Both the position numbers and the translations under genes were made by a program. DNA of 55,720 nt, from positions 1 to 55,720 of IMG/VR virus record IMGVR_UViG_3300037498_000121; one strand, 5' to 3'. Of this stretch, positions 1-6,942 are shown piece by piece (position 1 is the first letter of the stretch; each line of letters starts with the position of its first letter). This DNA comes from a virus. Lineage: Duplodnaviria > Caudoviricetes. The notes beneath the pieces were generated by a model. It saw only the letters and a program-made list of their open reading frames with translations. It was not told where the DNA came from and made no database searches.

Positions 1-1083
1 ATTGGCCAGCGTCTTCAGATCCCGAAAAGCCGCCCGCTGCACCTCGGTCTCAGAATGCAGATGCTCCTCTCGGGCGCGCAATAGATCCCCGTAGTCAACC
101 ACCAGCGCATCGGGATCCCAGTTGTAGCGCTGTTTCAGCTCGCGGATCTCCTCTTGCAGATCGGCCACTGAGTAGGTCCACCGCTCGGTCAATCCGCGGA
201 TGACCAGCTTCGAGCGGTAGACCTGGTACTCGTACTGCAACCGCTGCCAAGACTCGGTGGAAAGCGACCCGTCTTTGATTCGCCAATATTCCTCCTGGGC
301 AAAAACCGAGTCATACCGGTTCTCCACCATTTTTCTGGAACCTTCGAGCACGAAGTGGAGCACCCGCATGTTAGCCCGGCGCACGCCCTGGGCGCCGAGA
401 TTCACCAGCATCGTCGATTTCCCGCGCTTGGGGTAAGCCACCCAGATGCCCAGCTCGCCCTTCTTCAACCCGCCAGAGAGCACGTGGTCCAGCTCAGGAA
501 TGCCGGTAGGCATCGCGTCAGCATGCGCATCGGTGCCCAGACGGTAAGCCATCCGCTGGGGCAAATCCTCGAAGAAAAAACACCGATCCACCGTCTCCCA
601 TTGGGTGTGGAAGATCCGATCCATCGCCTGGTACATGGAATCGTAGCTCTTGGCGACGTTACCGGTGTTAAAGAACGCCTTCGACTCATGGAAAGCAGCA
701 ACGAAGAGGTGCCGCTTGACGAAGTCGATGACCGTATCTCGCAACCACGCCTCCGCCGATAGATCCGCCTCCAGCACCCGTTCCAGTGTCAGTCGAAAGA
801 ACTCCCGGGCCCGAGCATCTAACGCGCGAGTCTGCTCGCAAACGAGCCGCAACGAAGGAACGCTCTCGTACTTCACGCGGTACTCCTGCATGCGCGCGAA
901 CGCCCAGCCGTAGACCTCGTTTTCAAAAAACTCGGGCTTGAGGTGGGGCATGACCGCCGAAGCGAAAGAACCATCCTGGGCGAGGAGCTTGAGCAGCGCT
1001 GCTTGGTAATCCACCCCGAAGGGAAAGCGATCTCCGGCTGTCGGAATAGCCGAAGCCGGCACGGGGGTCCGTTCAACGGGCAT
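1..1083 (-). CDS. DnaB-like (SF4, T4 gp41-type) replicative helicase, 3' end truncated by the window
   Basis: Not in the ORF track; my translation from ATG 1083 is open to base 1: MPVERTP...PTGIPELDHVLSGGLKKGELGIWVAYPKRGKST (Walker A), VLHFVLEGS (catalytic Glu), PDALVVDYGDLL (Walker B), QRAAFRDLKTLAN. Confidence 0.93.
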   Translation of the reverse strand, partial: MPVERTPVPASAIPTAGDRFPFGVDYQAALLKLLAQDGSFASAVMPHLKPEFFENEVYGWAFARMQEYRVKYESVPSLRLVCEQTRALDARAREFFRLTLERVLEADLSAEAWLRDTVIDFVKRHLFVAAFHESKAFFNTGNVAKSYDSMYQAMDRIFHTQWETVDRCFFFEDLPQRMAYRLGTDAHADAMPTGIPELDHVLSGGLKKGELGIWVAYPKRGKSTMLVNLGAQGVRRANMRVLHFVLEGSRKMVENRYDSVFAQEEYWRIKDGSLSTESWQRLQYEYQVYRSKLVIRGLTERWTYSVADLQEEIRELKQRYNWDPDALVVDYGDLLRAREEHLHSETEVQRAAFRDLKTLAN

Positions 1084-1711
1084 ACTGATTGACCCCCACA
1101 AGCGCGCGCATCTTGGCCTGGGCAGATGTGATCTCGCCACGGCGCAATGCCAGTATGTCGAAGTTGACTGAACGCTGGAGCCGCTCGGCGCAGATGAAGC
1201 GCTGCGAGCAGATCTGACAAACGTGGCTACGCGGGTGATAGCCATACGACCGGGAGTGCATCCCGGCGAGACATCGGTCAACCTGCCCGCGCGCCACGAG
1301 TGCCCCTTTTAGCAGTTCCACCGAATGACTCAAGTCCCGATTCGGGTCAAAGACGTTTTCCAGCGAAACTGCTTCCCGCTGCACATTGGTCTCCGCTATC
1401 CTTTTCTGGAATCCAGAAAAATCAGGCCAACTACGATACCCGCCAACGGCCTTCACTGAAAGTAAACTCCCCCGATTGCAGCTCGGAGCGTAAAGCCACC
1501 GCCGGCGCGCGAAAAGATAATAAAGCCACTGCCGCGGTGGGATGGATCGCTCCCGACAAAAGCGCACCAGGTCCCCGAGAACTTCCTCGTGAGTCGGAGT
1601 CAGTTGCGGATCACGGATTCGCGCGCCCTTGTTTTTCAGCGCTCGAATATTGGCGGTCAGCCGACGATAATGACAATAATCCCCAAACAACTGCTGGATC
1701 AGGTCCGACAT
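1073..1711 (-). CDS. Hypothetical 212-aa basic protein with C-terminal Cys cluster (possible helicase loader or replication initiator)
   Basis: ORF overlaps the DnaB start by 11 nt and carries HPRSHVCQICSQRFIC, a putative Zn-binding motif. Function inferred from position only. Confidence 0.75.
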   Translation of the reverse strand: MSDLIQQLFGDYCHYRRLTANIRALKNKGARIRDPQLTPTHEEVLGDLVRFCRERSIPPRQWLYYLFARRRWLYAPSCNRGSLLSVKAVGGYRSWPDFSGFQKRIAETNVQREAVSLENVFDPNRDLSHSVELLKGALVARGQVDRCLAGMHSRSYGYHPRSHVCQICSQRFICAERLQRSVNFDILALRRGEITSAQAKMRALVGVNQYAR

Positions 1712-1759
1712 GCTCGCTCTCCACGTCTACCTGTTACAGGTCGATCATCTCTCGAACGG

Positions 1760-2152
1760 CTATAACCTCCAGGCAGGATCACGCTTCTGGATCTGGGCGA
1801 CCAGATACCGAATCGCCAGGTCCAGCTCGTCAACCTCCAGCGCCTCTCCTTTGGTCACGGGCACTTCAAATGAAGCGCCAGTTGCTGGGTTCTCCTGCAA
1901 CTCGGTGCGACCGGTGGGGATCGCTCTGCGATGGTCCCTGTAGCATGCAATCAGCTGGATCAGGCTGTCAACCCCACTTGGAAAAGGCAAAGAATCTACA
2001 AGCTCTAGCGCGTCGAAGACCAGCCAACGCCGATCTGTATCGCGCAACCAGCGCTTCAGATGCTCCGGATCAGCGATCGCCACCCGCCCCAACCGCTCCA
2101 ATTTTTCTTGATCGCTCAAGCCATCTACAGGGAAACACACCTTCGGTTCCAT
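1760..2152 (-). CDS. Hypothetical protein, 130 aa
   Basis: ATG 2152 (MEPKVCFP...) follows GGAAAGGA. The track's longer N-terminus runs through a terminator and is unlikely. Confidence 0.7.
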   Translation of the reverse strand: MEPKVCFPVDGLSDQEKLERLGRVAIADPEHLKRWLRDTDRRWLVFDALELVDSLPFPSGVDSLIQLIACYRDHRRAIPTGRTELQENPATGASFEVPVTKGEALEVDELDLAIRYLVAQIQKRDPAWRL

Positions 2153-2169
2153 GGGGTGATCCTTTCCAG

Positions 2170-2210
2170 AAAAAGATAAAAAAGGGCCCCGAGCGGGAAT
2201 CTCGGAGCCC
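2170..2210 (-). terminator. Intrinsic terminator
   Basis: Minus strand: GGGCTCCGAG-attcccg-CTCGGGGCCC followed by TTTTTTATCTTTTT. Confidence 0.8.
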
Positions 2211-2315
2211 AACGCGTGACCAGCGCAATCCGTGGTGTAGTGCGCCGCCACAATACCAGATACTCGCTTGTCTACCACCCTATTTAACGATTCAGCTCGA
2301 CAAGAACGGGAGAAA

Positions 2316-3797
2316 TCAGCAAGACAATTTTTCGATCCAGACGATGAAGGCCTGGCTGTCTTTGACCACCTCCACCTGAAAGATCGGCTCTTCGTAATAA
2401 ATCCGGAGTCTTTCCATGGCATGCTCCAATAATTTTCGATGGTGCCTATCGGCGAAATCTACCAGCACCGCCTCCCGCTTTCCTGTGACCGCGGTGCACA
2501 CCCGATAAACGGCCTGGGTGAGAGATACCTCTGCCTTCTCCCCCTTGGCGTAGACCAAGGCATCGACTTCCGGAAGATCCACACCTTCCCCCAGGATCGA
2601 AGTACCGATCAGGATCTTCACTTCTTGCCCAGCGGAAAACGAGCGCAGGATCTTCCCCTGCGCCTTGCGATCACGATCGGTCGAGACAAACTCGACCGCC
2701 GCAAACTCCGCTCGCGGGGGAGCTGGGGGCATCCCGCGCAGTAGCATATCGCGCAGGATGTTCCCCTGGGCCTTGGTCCCGACCAGCACCAGCACCCGCC
2801 TACCGACCGAAAAAAGCGCGAGCGCGGCATAGGCTGCCCACTGGTTGCGCAGCTCGTGTTCGTGGATACCGCTCTTGCCATGGTGGGAAAAGAAGCTCGC
2901 CGACTTCGACGATATCTTGTGCGAATCGATGGGCAAGAACACCGCCCGCACTGGCACCAGGTAGCCCAGACGCAGCATATCCGCCGAAGTCGCCTGGTAG
3001 ATGGTTCCAGAAATCAACGCGTGCATCGCCAGATCATCCCCGCTCGATCGGAAGTACGTACCAGTCATCCCGTAGCGGTGGTAGATGTGATCGCACAGCG
3101 CGAAGATCTTGCGGTAACTCACCGACGCCGAATGGTGGTGTTCGTCTACAACGATCACTTTTCTGGAATGGTAAAACGACTGGGGGAGGTGCACCGCAGT
3201 GGCCGCGGTGGTCAACACCACCCGTTTTCTGGAAGCCTCCAGGGCGCCGGCCGAACCAATCAGGTGCATCGAATAGTTCTTTCCGAAAAATCCCTCCAGC
3301 ACCTCCTGGGTCTGCTCGACGATGCGATCGGTTGGCGCAATCCAGATGGTCGGCAGCGCGAGCCGGCGGGTGATCTCGCAAGCGATTCTCGTCTTCCCAC
3401 TGCGAGGCGGTAAATCAAGCACTCCCATCCCGCGCGAGAGCGCGCTTTCCACAGCCGCCTTCTGGTAGTCACGCAGCGGGATGTGCACCGCGTCAGGTAC
3501 ATCCCCATCTGGCCGCCGGCGCAGGTCCTCGACATTGACTGGGTAGCCGAACTTTCCAGAAAAATAGATCAACCGGTCCAGCAACCCGCTCGGCACCCAA
3601 GGGGCACCTCCCCGCGGCTGGTGAAGCAAGCGTATCCAGCCATCCCAGCCCCCGGCTTGATCAACAGCTTCTGGACCAGCCCGTTCGATCAGGTACGCAG
3701 TAGGGGTCGGGTAGCGAAACTCTTGGTTGAACACGTGCAAGATGAAGGGGTCGGCCTGGTAGATCTCGGTGCGAGAATTGTAAACGCGAAACAACAC
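2316..3797 (-). CDS. Superfamily 2 (UvsW/Res-like DExH) DNA helicase
   Basis: Motifs: LRDYQ (Q), LPPRSGKT (I), VVDEHHH (II), GMTGT (III), ILGEGVDLP (V), QAVYRV (degenerate VI). Confidence 0.92.
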   Translation of the reverse strand: MLFRVYNSRTEIYQADPFILHVFNQEFRYPTPTAYLIERAGPEAVDQAGGWDGWIRLLHQPRGGAPWVPSGLLDRLIYFSGKFGYPVNVEDLRRRPDGDVPDAVHIPLRDYQKAAVESALSRGMGVLDLPPRSGKTRIACEITRRLALPTIWIAPTDRIVEQTQEVLEGFFGKNYSMHLIGSAGALEASRKRVVLTTAATAVHLPQSFYHSRKVIVVDEHHHSASVSYRKIFALCDHIYHRYGMTGTYFRSSGDDLAMHALISGTIYQATSADMLRLGYLVPVRAVFLPIDSHKISSKSASFFSHHGKSGIHEHELRNQWAAYAALALFSVGRRVLVLVGTKAQGNILRDMLLRGMPPAPPRAEFAAVEFVSTDRDRKAQGKILRSFSAGQEVKILIGTSILGEGVDLPEVDALVYAKGEKAEVSLTQAVYRVCTAVTGKREAVLVDFADRHHRKLLEHAMERLRIYYEEPIFQVEVVKDSQAFIVWIEKLSC

Positions 3798-3798
3798 C

Positions 3799-4014
3799 TC
3801 AGTCGTACTCCTCGGCGTAAGCGTCTAAGCCTTTCTCCAGCACCAGCCACTCGGGGGCAAGCACCGTTCCCACGCCTTCGGAGGACTGGGGTTCGTTCAA
3901 CTCTTCGAGCTGGCTCTTGGGTAGCCACTCCTGAGACCCCCCACCGAAGTCGAGCAACAGGGCTAAGCCACTACTGCTTTCTCGGACGACCCGGTCGAAC
4001 GTGAGAATCATCAT
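3799..4014 (-). CDS. Small acidic phage protein (W-x-P-K-S-Q ... P-E-W-L ... EKGL type), about 71 aa
   Basis: MMILTFDRVVRES...QEWLPKSQLE...LAPEWLVLEKGL. Ends 1 nt before the helicase start. Start chosen at ATG 4014. Confidence 0.7.
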   Translation of the reverse strand: MMILTFDRVVRESSSGLALLLDFGGGSQEWLPKSQLEELNEPQSSEGVGTVLAPEWLVLEKGLDAYAEEYD

Positions 4015-4159
4015 CGGCTTGGGCGACACGGCTTTTCCTTTTCTTGGGCTGGGCGAGCTTGGTTGAGGCTTTGGTGACACGCTTCTTCACTTTCTTTCCT
4101 TCCCCTCGCCCGGTTTTGGTGGTGGTGCGTTTCGATTCGGTCTTTTTCGGCCTGGGCAT
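3971..4159 (-). CDS. Small Lys/Arg-rich protein with AT-hook-like ends (putative DNA-binding)
   Basis: 62 aa with AGGAGAG upstream; begins MPRPKK and ends RPGRPRKQ; overlaps the next gene by 44 nt. Confidence 0.55.
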   Translation of the reverse strand: MPRPKKTESKRTTTKTGRGEGKKVKKRVTKASTKLAQPKKRKSRVAQADDDSHVRPGRPRKQ

Positions 4160-4381
4160 TTCTCTCTCCTGGTGTTGGTACTTCCCGCGCGTAGGCGCAT
4201 TTTCATCTTTTATGGGAAAGTTCCAGAGAAGGCAAGTAGAAAAAGTTCCAGAAAAAGTAATTGTCCAGCCCTACCTTCCCGCTCCTTCTCAGCCCCTAGA
4301 TTATTTTTGGGCAGAGAATCCCATTTGCCCGCCCTCGCCCTCTGATCCGCTCTTCGCTCTTTACATTGCTTGGCGCCGCTC

Positions 4382-4414
4382 AAGGACTACTGAAGGACGA
4401 CTGGAAGACTACCT
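4382..4414. repeat. 11-bp degenerate tandem repeat x3
   Basis: AAGGACTACTG / AAGGACGACTG / GAAGACTACCT. Confidence 0.6.
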
Positions 4415-4427
4415 CTCAAGAGGCTAC

Positions 4428-4487
4428 CCAGTTTCGATCGTCTTCCATCCAATTTCGATCGTCTTCCATCCAGTTTCGATCGTCTTC
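4428..4487. repeat. 21-bp tandem repeat x about 3 (iteron-like)
   Basis: CCAGTTTCGATCGTCTTCCAT / CCAATTTCGATCGTCTTCCAT / CCAGTTTCGATCGTCTTC, with no spacers. Confidence 0.9.
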
Positions 4488-4527
4488 TTGAATCTTCTTT
4501 TTCTTAACCCGGCTTCGCGATCATACC

Positions 4528-4717
4528 CTAGTCGGCTCCTTCTGCGAAGGAGCCAACTAGCGGCGATTTTTAGAACCTTTTCTTTGATGGGAAGGAATAG
4601 GGTGTCTGCTTCCCTCAGTTCCCAAATCAAATAGGATTTTAAGCATCTCCTCCCCCGGTCAGCCCCCGAAGGGGGCGAACTGGGGAGCGAGATTGAGAGC
4701 AGTCGCGAAGCGACTGC
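4528..4717. other. Cluster of three GNA-triloop hairpins
   Basis: 4528-4560 minus strand CTAGTTGGCTCCTTC-GCA-GAAGGAGCCGACTAG; 4662-4676 GCCCCC-GAA-GGGGGC; 4699-4717 GCAGTCGC-GAA-GCGACTGC. Confidence 0.8.
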
Positions 4718-4970
4718 GAACCCTAAGAGCTTCTGGATTTTTAATGTTTGAAAATCATAAAAGATCGATTAAGATCTATTCCCACTTGAAGGGCGTTATT
4801 TCTGATCTGTTAATCATATAAGCCAGAATTAGTCAACAAAAAAGAATCGCGGCAAATCTTCTAAACTTTCAAATAGCATTTCAATGGGATGAGCACCCAT
4901 ATAAAAAAACTCTATTGTTTTTGACCCCCTCAGAGTTTCATCGACTCAGCGCGTCAATTTTTAGGCGTTT

Positions 4971-5011
4971 GCACAGTTTCTGTGCAATCGGTACACGCAC
5001 AGTTTCTGTGC
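4971..5011. repeat. Duplicated 15-bp dyad (operator-like)
   Basis: Identical GCACAG-TTT-CTGTGC at 4971-4985 and 4997-5011. Confidence 0.85.
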
Positions 5012-5013
5012 TT

Positions 5014-5060
5014 TCCAGACAAATTCCAGACATTGTCCAGACAAATTCCAGAACTCCAGA
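5014..5060. repeat. Phased TCCAGA array with 11-bp period
   Basis: TCCAGA starts at 5014, 5025, 5036, 5047 and 5055. Confidence 0.85.
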
Positions 5061-5065
5061 AAAGT

Positions 5066-5566
5066 TCACCGAGTGATAATAGCCATTGTTAGCAGGCTGA
5101 AAGTGATCCCGGAGGTCAAAAGGATGAAGGTTGGCTCGCGGTACCATTTGTGTGCTTTTTCGATTTCTTGGAGGTAGCGCTCCTCCTGTTGCTTCCAGCT
5201 CTTCGCCTCCAGCTGGCGGAGCTTGCGCTCCAGATCCAGGTCCACCCGAGAAAGCGATCGTTCCCGCTCCTTTTCCAGCTCCAGTTGGAGTTCGAACCGC
5301 TCCACCTTCTGCCCCAGCTCGATGGCCAGCTTGGTGGTCAGGAGCTGGCCGGAGAAGGGGGCCGGCTGCCCTTCCTGGAGGGCTGTAGCGCACTTCTTTG
5401 GGTCTTTCGGGTCACAGGGGAAGAGCTGGTCTTCTCCTTGAACCAGCGGGCTCCAGAGGAGCCACCAGAGGCTAACCAGTAGGACGGGTGCCCATCTTGA
5501 CCAGATATCGAGCGAGGGCCACCGGATCTCGGGCCAATAGGTTGGCCTGGGCCTTCTGTTGAGCAT
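5066..5566 (-). CDS. Membrane-anchored coiled-coil protein (signal peptide plus C-terminal TM); spanin-like accessory lysis candidate
   Basis: ATG follows GGAGG by 6 nt. Hydrophobic APVLLVSLWWLLW, GQPAPFSGQLL, a coiled coil and a C-terminal TM. Overlaps the upstream gene by 95 nt. No lipobox. Confidence 0.6.
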   Translation of the reverse strand: MLNRRPRPTYWPEIRWPSLDIWSRWAPVLLVSLWWLLWSPLVQGEDQLFPCDPKDPKKCATALQEGQPAPFSGQLLTTKLAIELGQKVERFELQLELEKERERSLSRVDLDLERKLRQLEAKSWKQQEERYLQEIEKAHKWYREPTFILLTSGITFSLLTMAIITR

Positions 5567-5819
5567 TGAGGGCCTCCATTTGCATAGAATACTTGGCTAC
5601 CACCTCCGCCTTGGCCACCGCGGCCCCTTCCTTGGCCAGGGTCTGGGCGGCCTCCAACCCCGCCTTTTCCTCCCGGGCCTTGCCCCGCAGCCAGTCGATG
5701 ATCTTGGTCCCTCGGCCGGGAAAGAGCGGGAACAGGAAAAGCAGCACCGCGATCACCACCGCGGCCACTGCAATCCAGAATCCTGCCCGGCCGATGGTCC
5801 CCCAGATCTTCACGGGCAT
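5472..5819 (-). CDS. N-terminal TM plus coiled-coil protein, i-spanin (Rz)-like
   Basis: FWIAVAAVVIAVLLFLFPLF followed by an Ala/Lys/Glu-rich helix; coupled to the holin-like gene. Confidence 0.6.
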   Translation of the reverse strand: MPVKIWGTIGRAGFWIAVAAVVIAVLLFLFPLFPGRGTKIIDWLRGKAREEKAGLEAAQTLAKEGAAVAKAEVVAKYSMQMEALNAQQKAQANLLARDPVALARYLVKMGTRPTG

Positions 5820-6172
5820 GTCGGCGGCTCCTCATCTGGCCTGGGTGGTAGCAGGGACGGACGTTTGCGCTTCACCAGCGCTTCCGCGCCCGCGCGAACG
5901 ATCTTGGTGCCCAGCACGTAGGCGGCGAGGGTGTAGAACACTTCCAGAAGTCCGGGTGGCGCCTCGGTCACGATTCCAGAAAATAAGGCCCGGTGCCAGA
6001 GGATGAAGAACTGCACCAGCACGGCGAAGAAGGCCAGCCGGCCCAGCGAGACCACTGCCTTCTTCTCTTCGTCGCGCTCCATGATGAGACGCAACCCGAA
6101 GCGGTAGAACCAACGGCCCAGCGTACGCAGGGCACTCCAGAACCAGCTCAACAGCAAACGGATCACGGGCAT
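5810..6172 (-). CDS. Putative holin
   Basis: 120 aa with 2-3 hydrophobic segments (SLGRLAFFAVLV; VFYTLAAYVLGTK), charged C-terminus, AGGAG RBS. Confidence 0.6.
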   Translation of the reverse strand: MPVIRLLLSWFWSALRTLGRWFYRFGLRLIMERDEEKKAVVSLGRLAFFAVLVQFFILWHRALFSGIVTEAPPGLLEVFYTLAAYVLGTKIVRAGAEALVKRKRPSLLPPRPDEEPPTCP

Positions 6173-6203
6173 GGCCTTCTCCTTTCAGTGGCGGTTTTCT
6201 TCT

Positions 6204-6231
6204 AGGCTAACGCAGGGGGGAGGAAAGGCAA
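6204..6231 (-). promoter_or_regulatory. Possible sigma70-type promoter for the lysis-like cassette
   Basis: TTGCCT-16 nt-TAGCCT in the 63-bp gap upstream of the holin-like gene. Confidence 0.3.
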
Positions 6232-6235
6232 ATAT

Positions 6236-6628
6236 TCAGGGGTTCAGGGCTCGCTTGGTATTCTTCAACATCTTCAGTTCGGGTTCTCCTAGCTCACCTT
6301 CTGCGGGGGACTGTTTTTCTGGATGCACGATCTCCAGGTTGGGGGAGGATTGTGTTTCTAGTGATCTTCGCGTGGTTTCCTCGGTTATGAGCAGGTGGGC
6401 GTAGCTGTCTCGTCGACCATTGAGGACGAGCAATTGAGACTTGGCTTGCTCAAGCTGCATTGACGTCTGTTGAATGTGCTGAGACAGTTTGGTGATTTCC
6501 TTATTTGCCTCCGTAAGGTTTACCAGAATCGTTTTTTCTAAACCACTCAGTTTAACAGCCCCAAGTAAGGCTGCTTGCATATACTCGTTGGCTTCTTGAC
6601 CGTTCATGGTAGTCCTTTTCCCGCTCAT
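6236..6628 (-). CDS. Coiled-coil hypothetical protein
   Basis: ATGA overlap at 6625-6628 (alternative start 6607). Heptad-rich LTEANKEITKLSQHIQQTSMQLEQAK. Confidence 0.7.
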   Translation of the reverse strand: MSGKRTTMNGQEANEYMQAALLGAVKLSGLEKTILVNLTEANKEITKLSQHIQQTSMQLEQAKSQLLVLNGRRDSYAHLLITEETTRRSLETQSSPNLEIVHPEKQSPAEGELGEPELKMLKNTKRALNP

Positions 6629-6942
6629 ACAATGGTCCCTTGAGGTCCATTGTGGTCGATGGCCCATTGTAAAAAGGCCTTTGTTAGTTGCCCGTCAAGC
6701 GTTCCCGTTTGCGTCGCAAACGAGAGCAATGAAGCGAAGTTTTGGTCTCTGACATAGAACCTGAACATCACTCCCGAAATCGAAGGAACCGTAGGGGCAA
6801 CCCAGTTGTTATCAACCACCGTCCCAACCAACCCTGAAAAATCTACAACATCCGCTTGGAAGTCCACCCTAGCTTTGGTGATCTTTGCATGGGTATACGG
6901 TCCCCCGTCTCCTTGTATTGCGGTGGTCAGTTGAATTAGCAT
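6625..6942 (-). CDS. Small beta-rich protein, probable tail-fibre assembly or tip accessory
   Basis: 105 aa, overlapping the tail-fibre stop codon. Assignment by position. Confidence 0.65.
   Translation of the reverse strand: MLIQLTTAIQGDGGPYTHAKITKARVDFQADVVDFSGLVGTVVDNNWVAPTVPSISGVMFRFYVRDQNFASLLSFATQTGTLDGQLTKAFLQWAIDHNGPQGTIV

Larger units (their letters stand above)
4160..5065. other. Non-coding control region, candidate replication origin
   Basis: The largest intergenic gap, lying between the late operon and the helicases. Contains phased tandem repeats, stable hairpins and an AT-rich GATC-containing tract (about 4735-4925). Confidence 0.6.

Noticed and set aside
4428-4487. Possible CRISPR mini-array
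   Set aside because: Repeats are contiguous with no spacers, and no cas genes are present.
4044-4634. ORFs across the control region (4044-4634 +, 4424-4630 -, and an EDDRNWM-repeat frame)
   Set aside because: No convincing RBS or start, low-complexity translations driven by the DNA repeats, and the third frame is closed by a stop just upstream.
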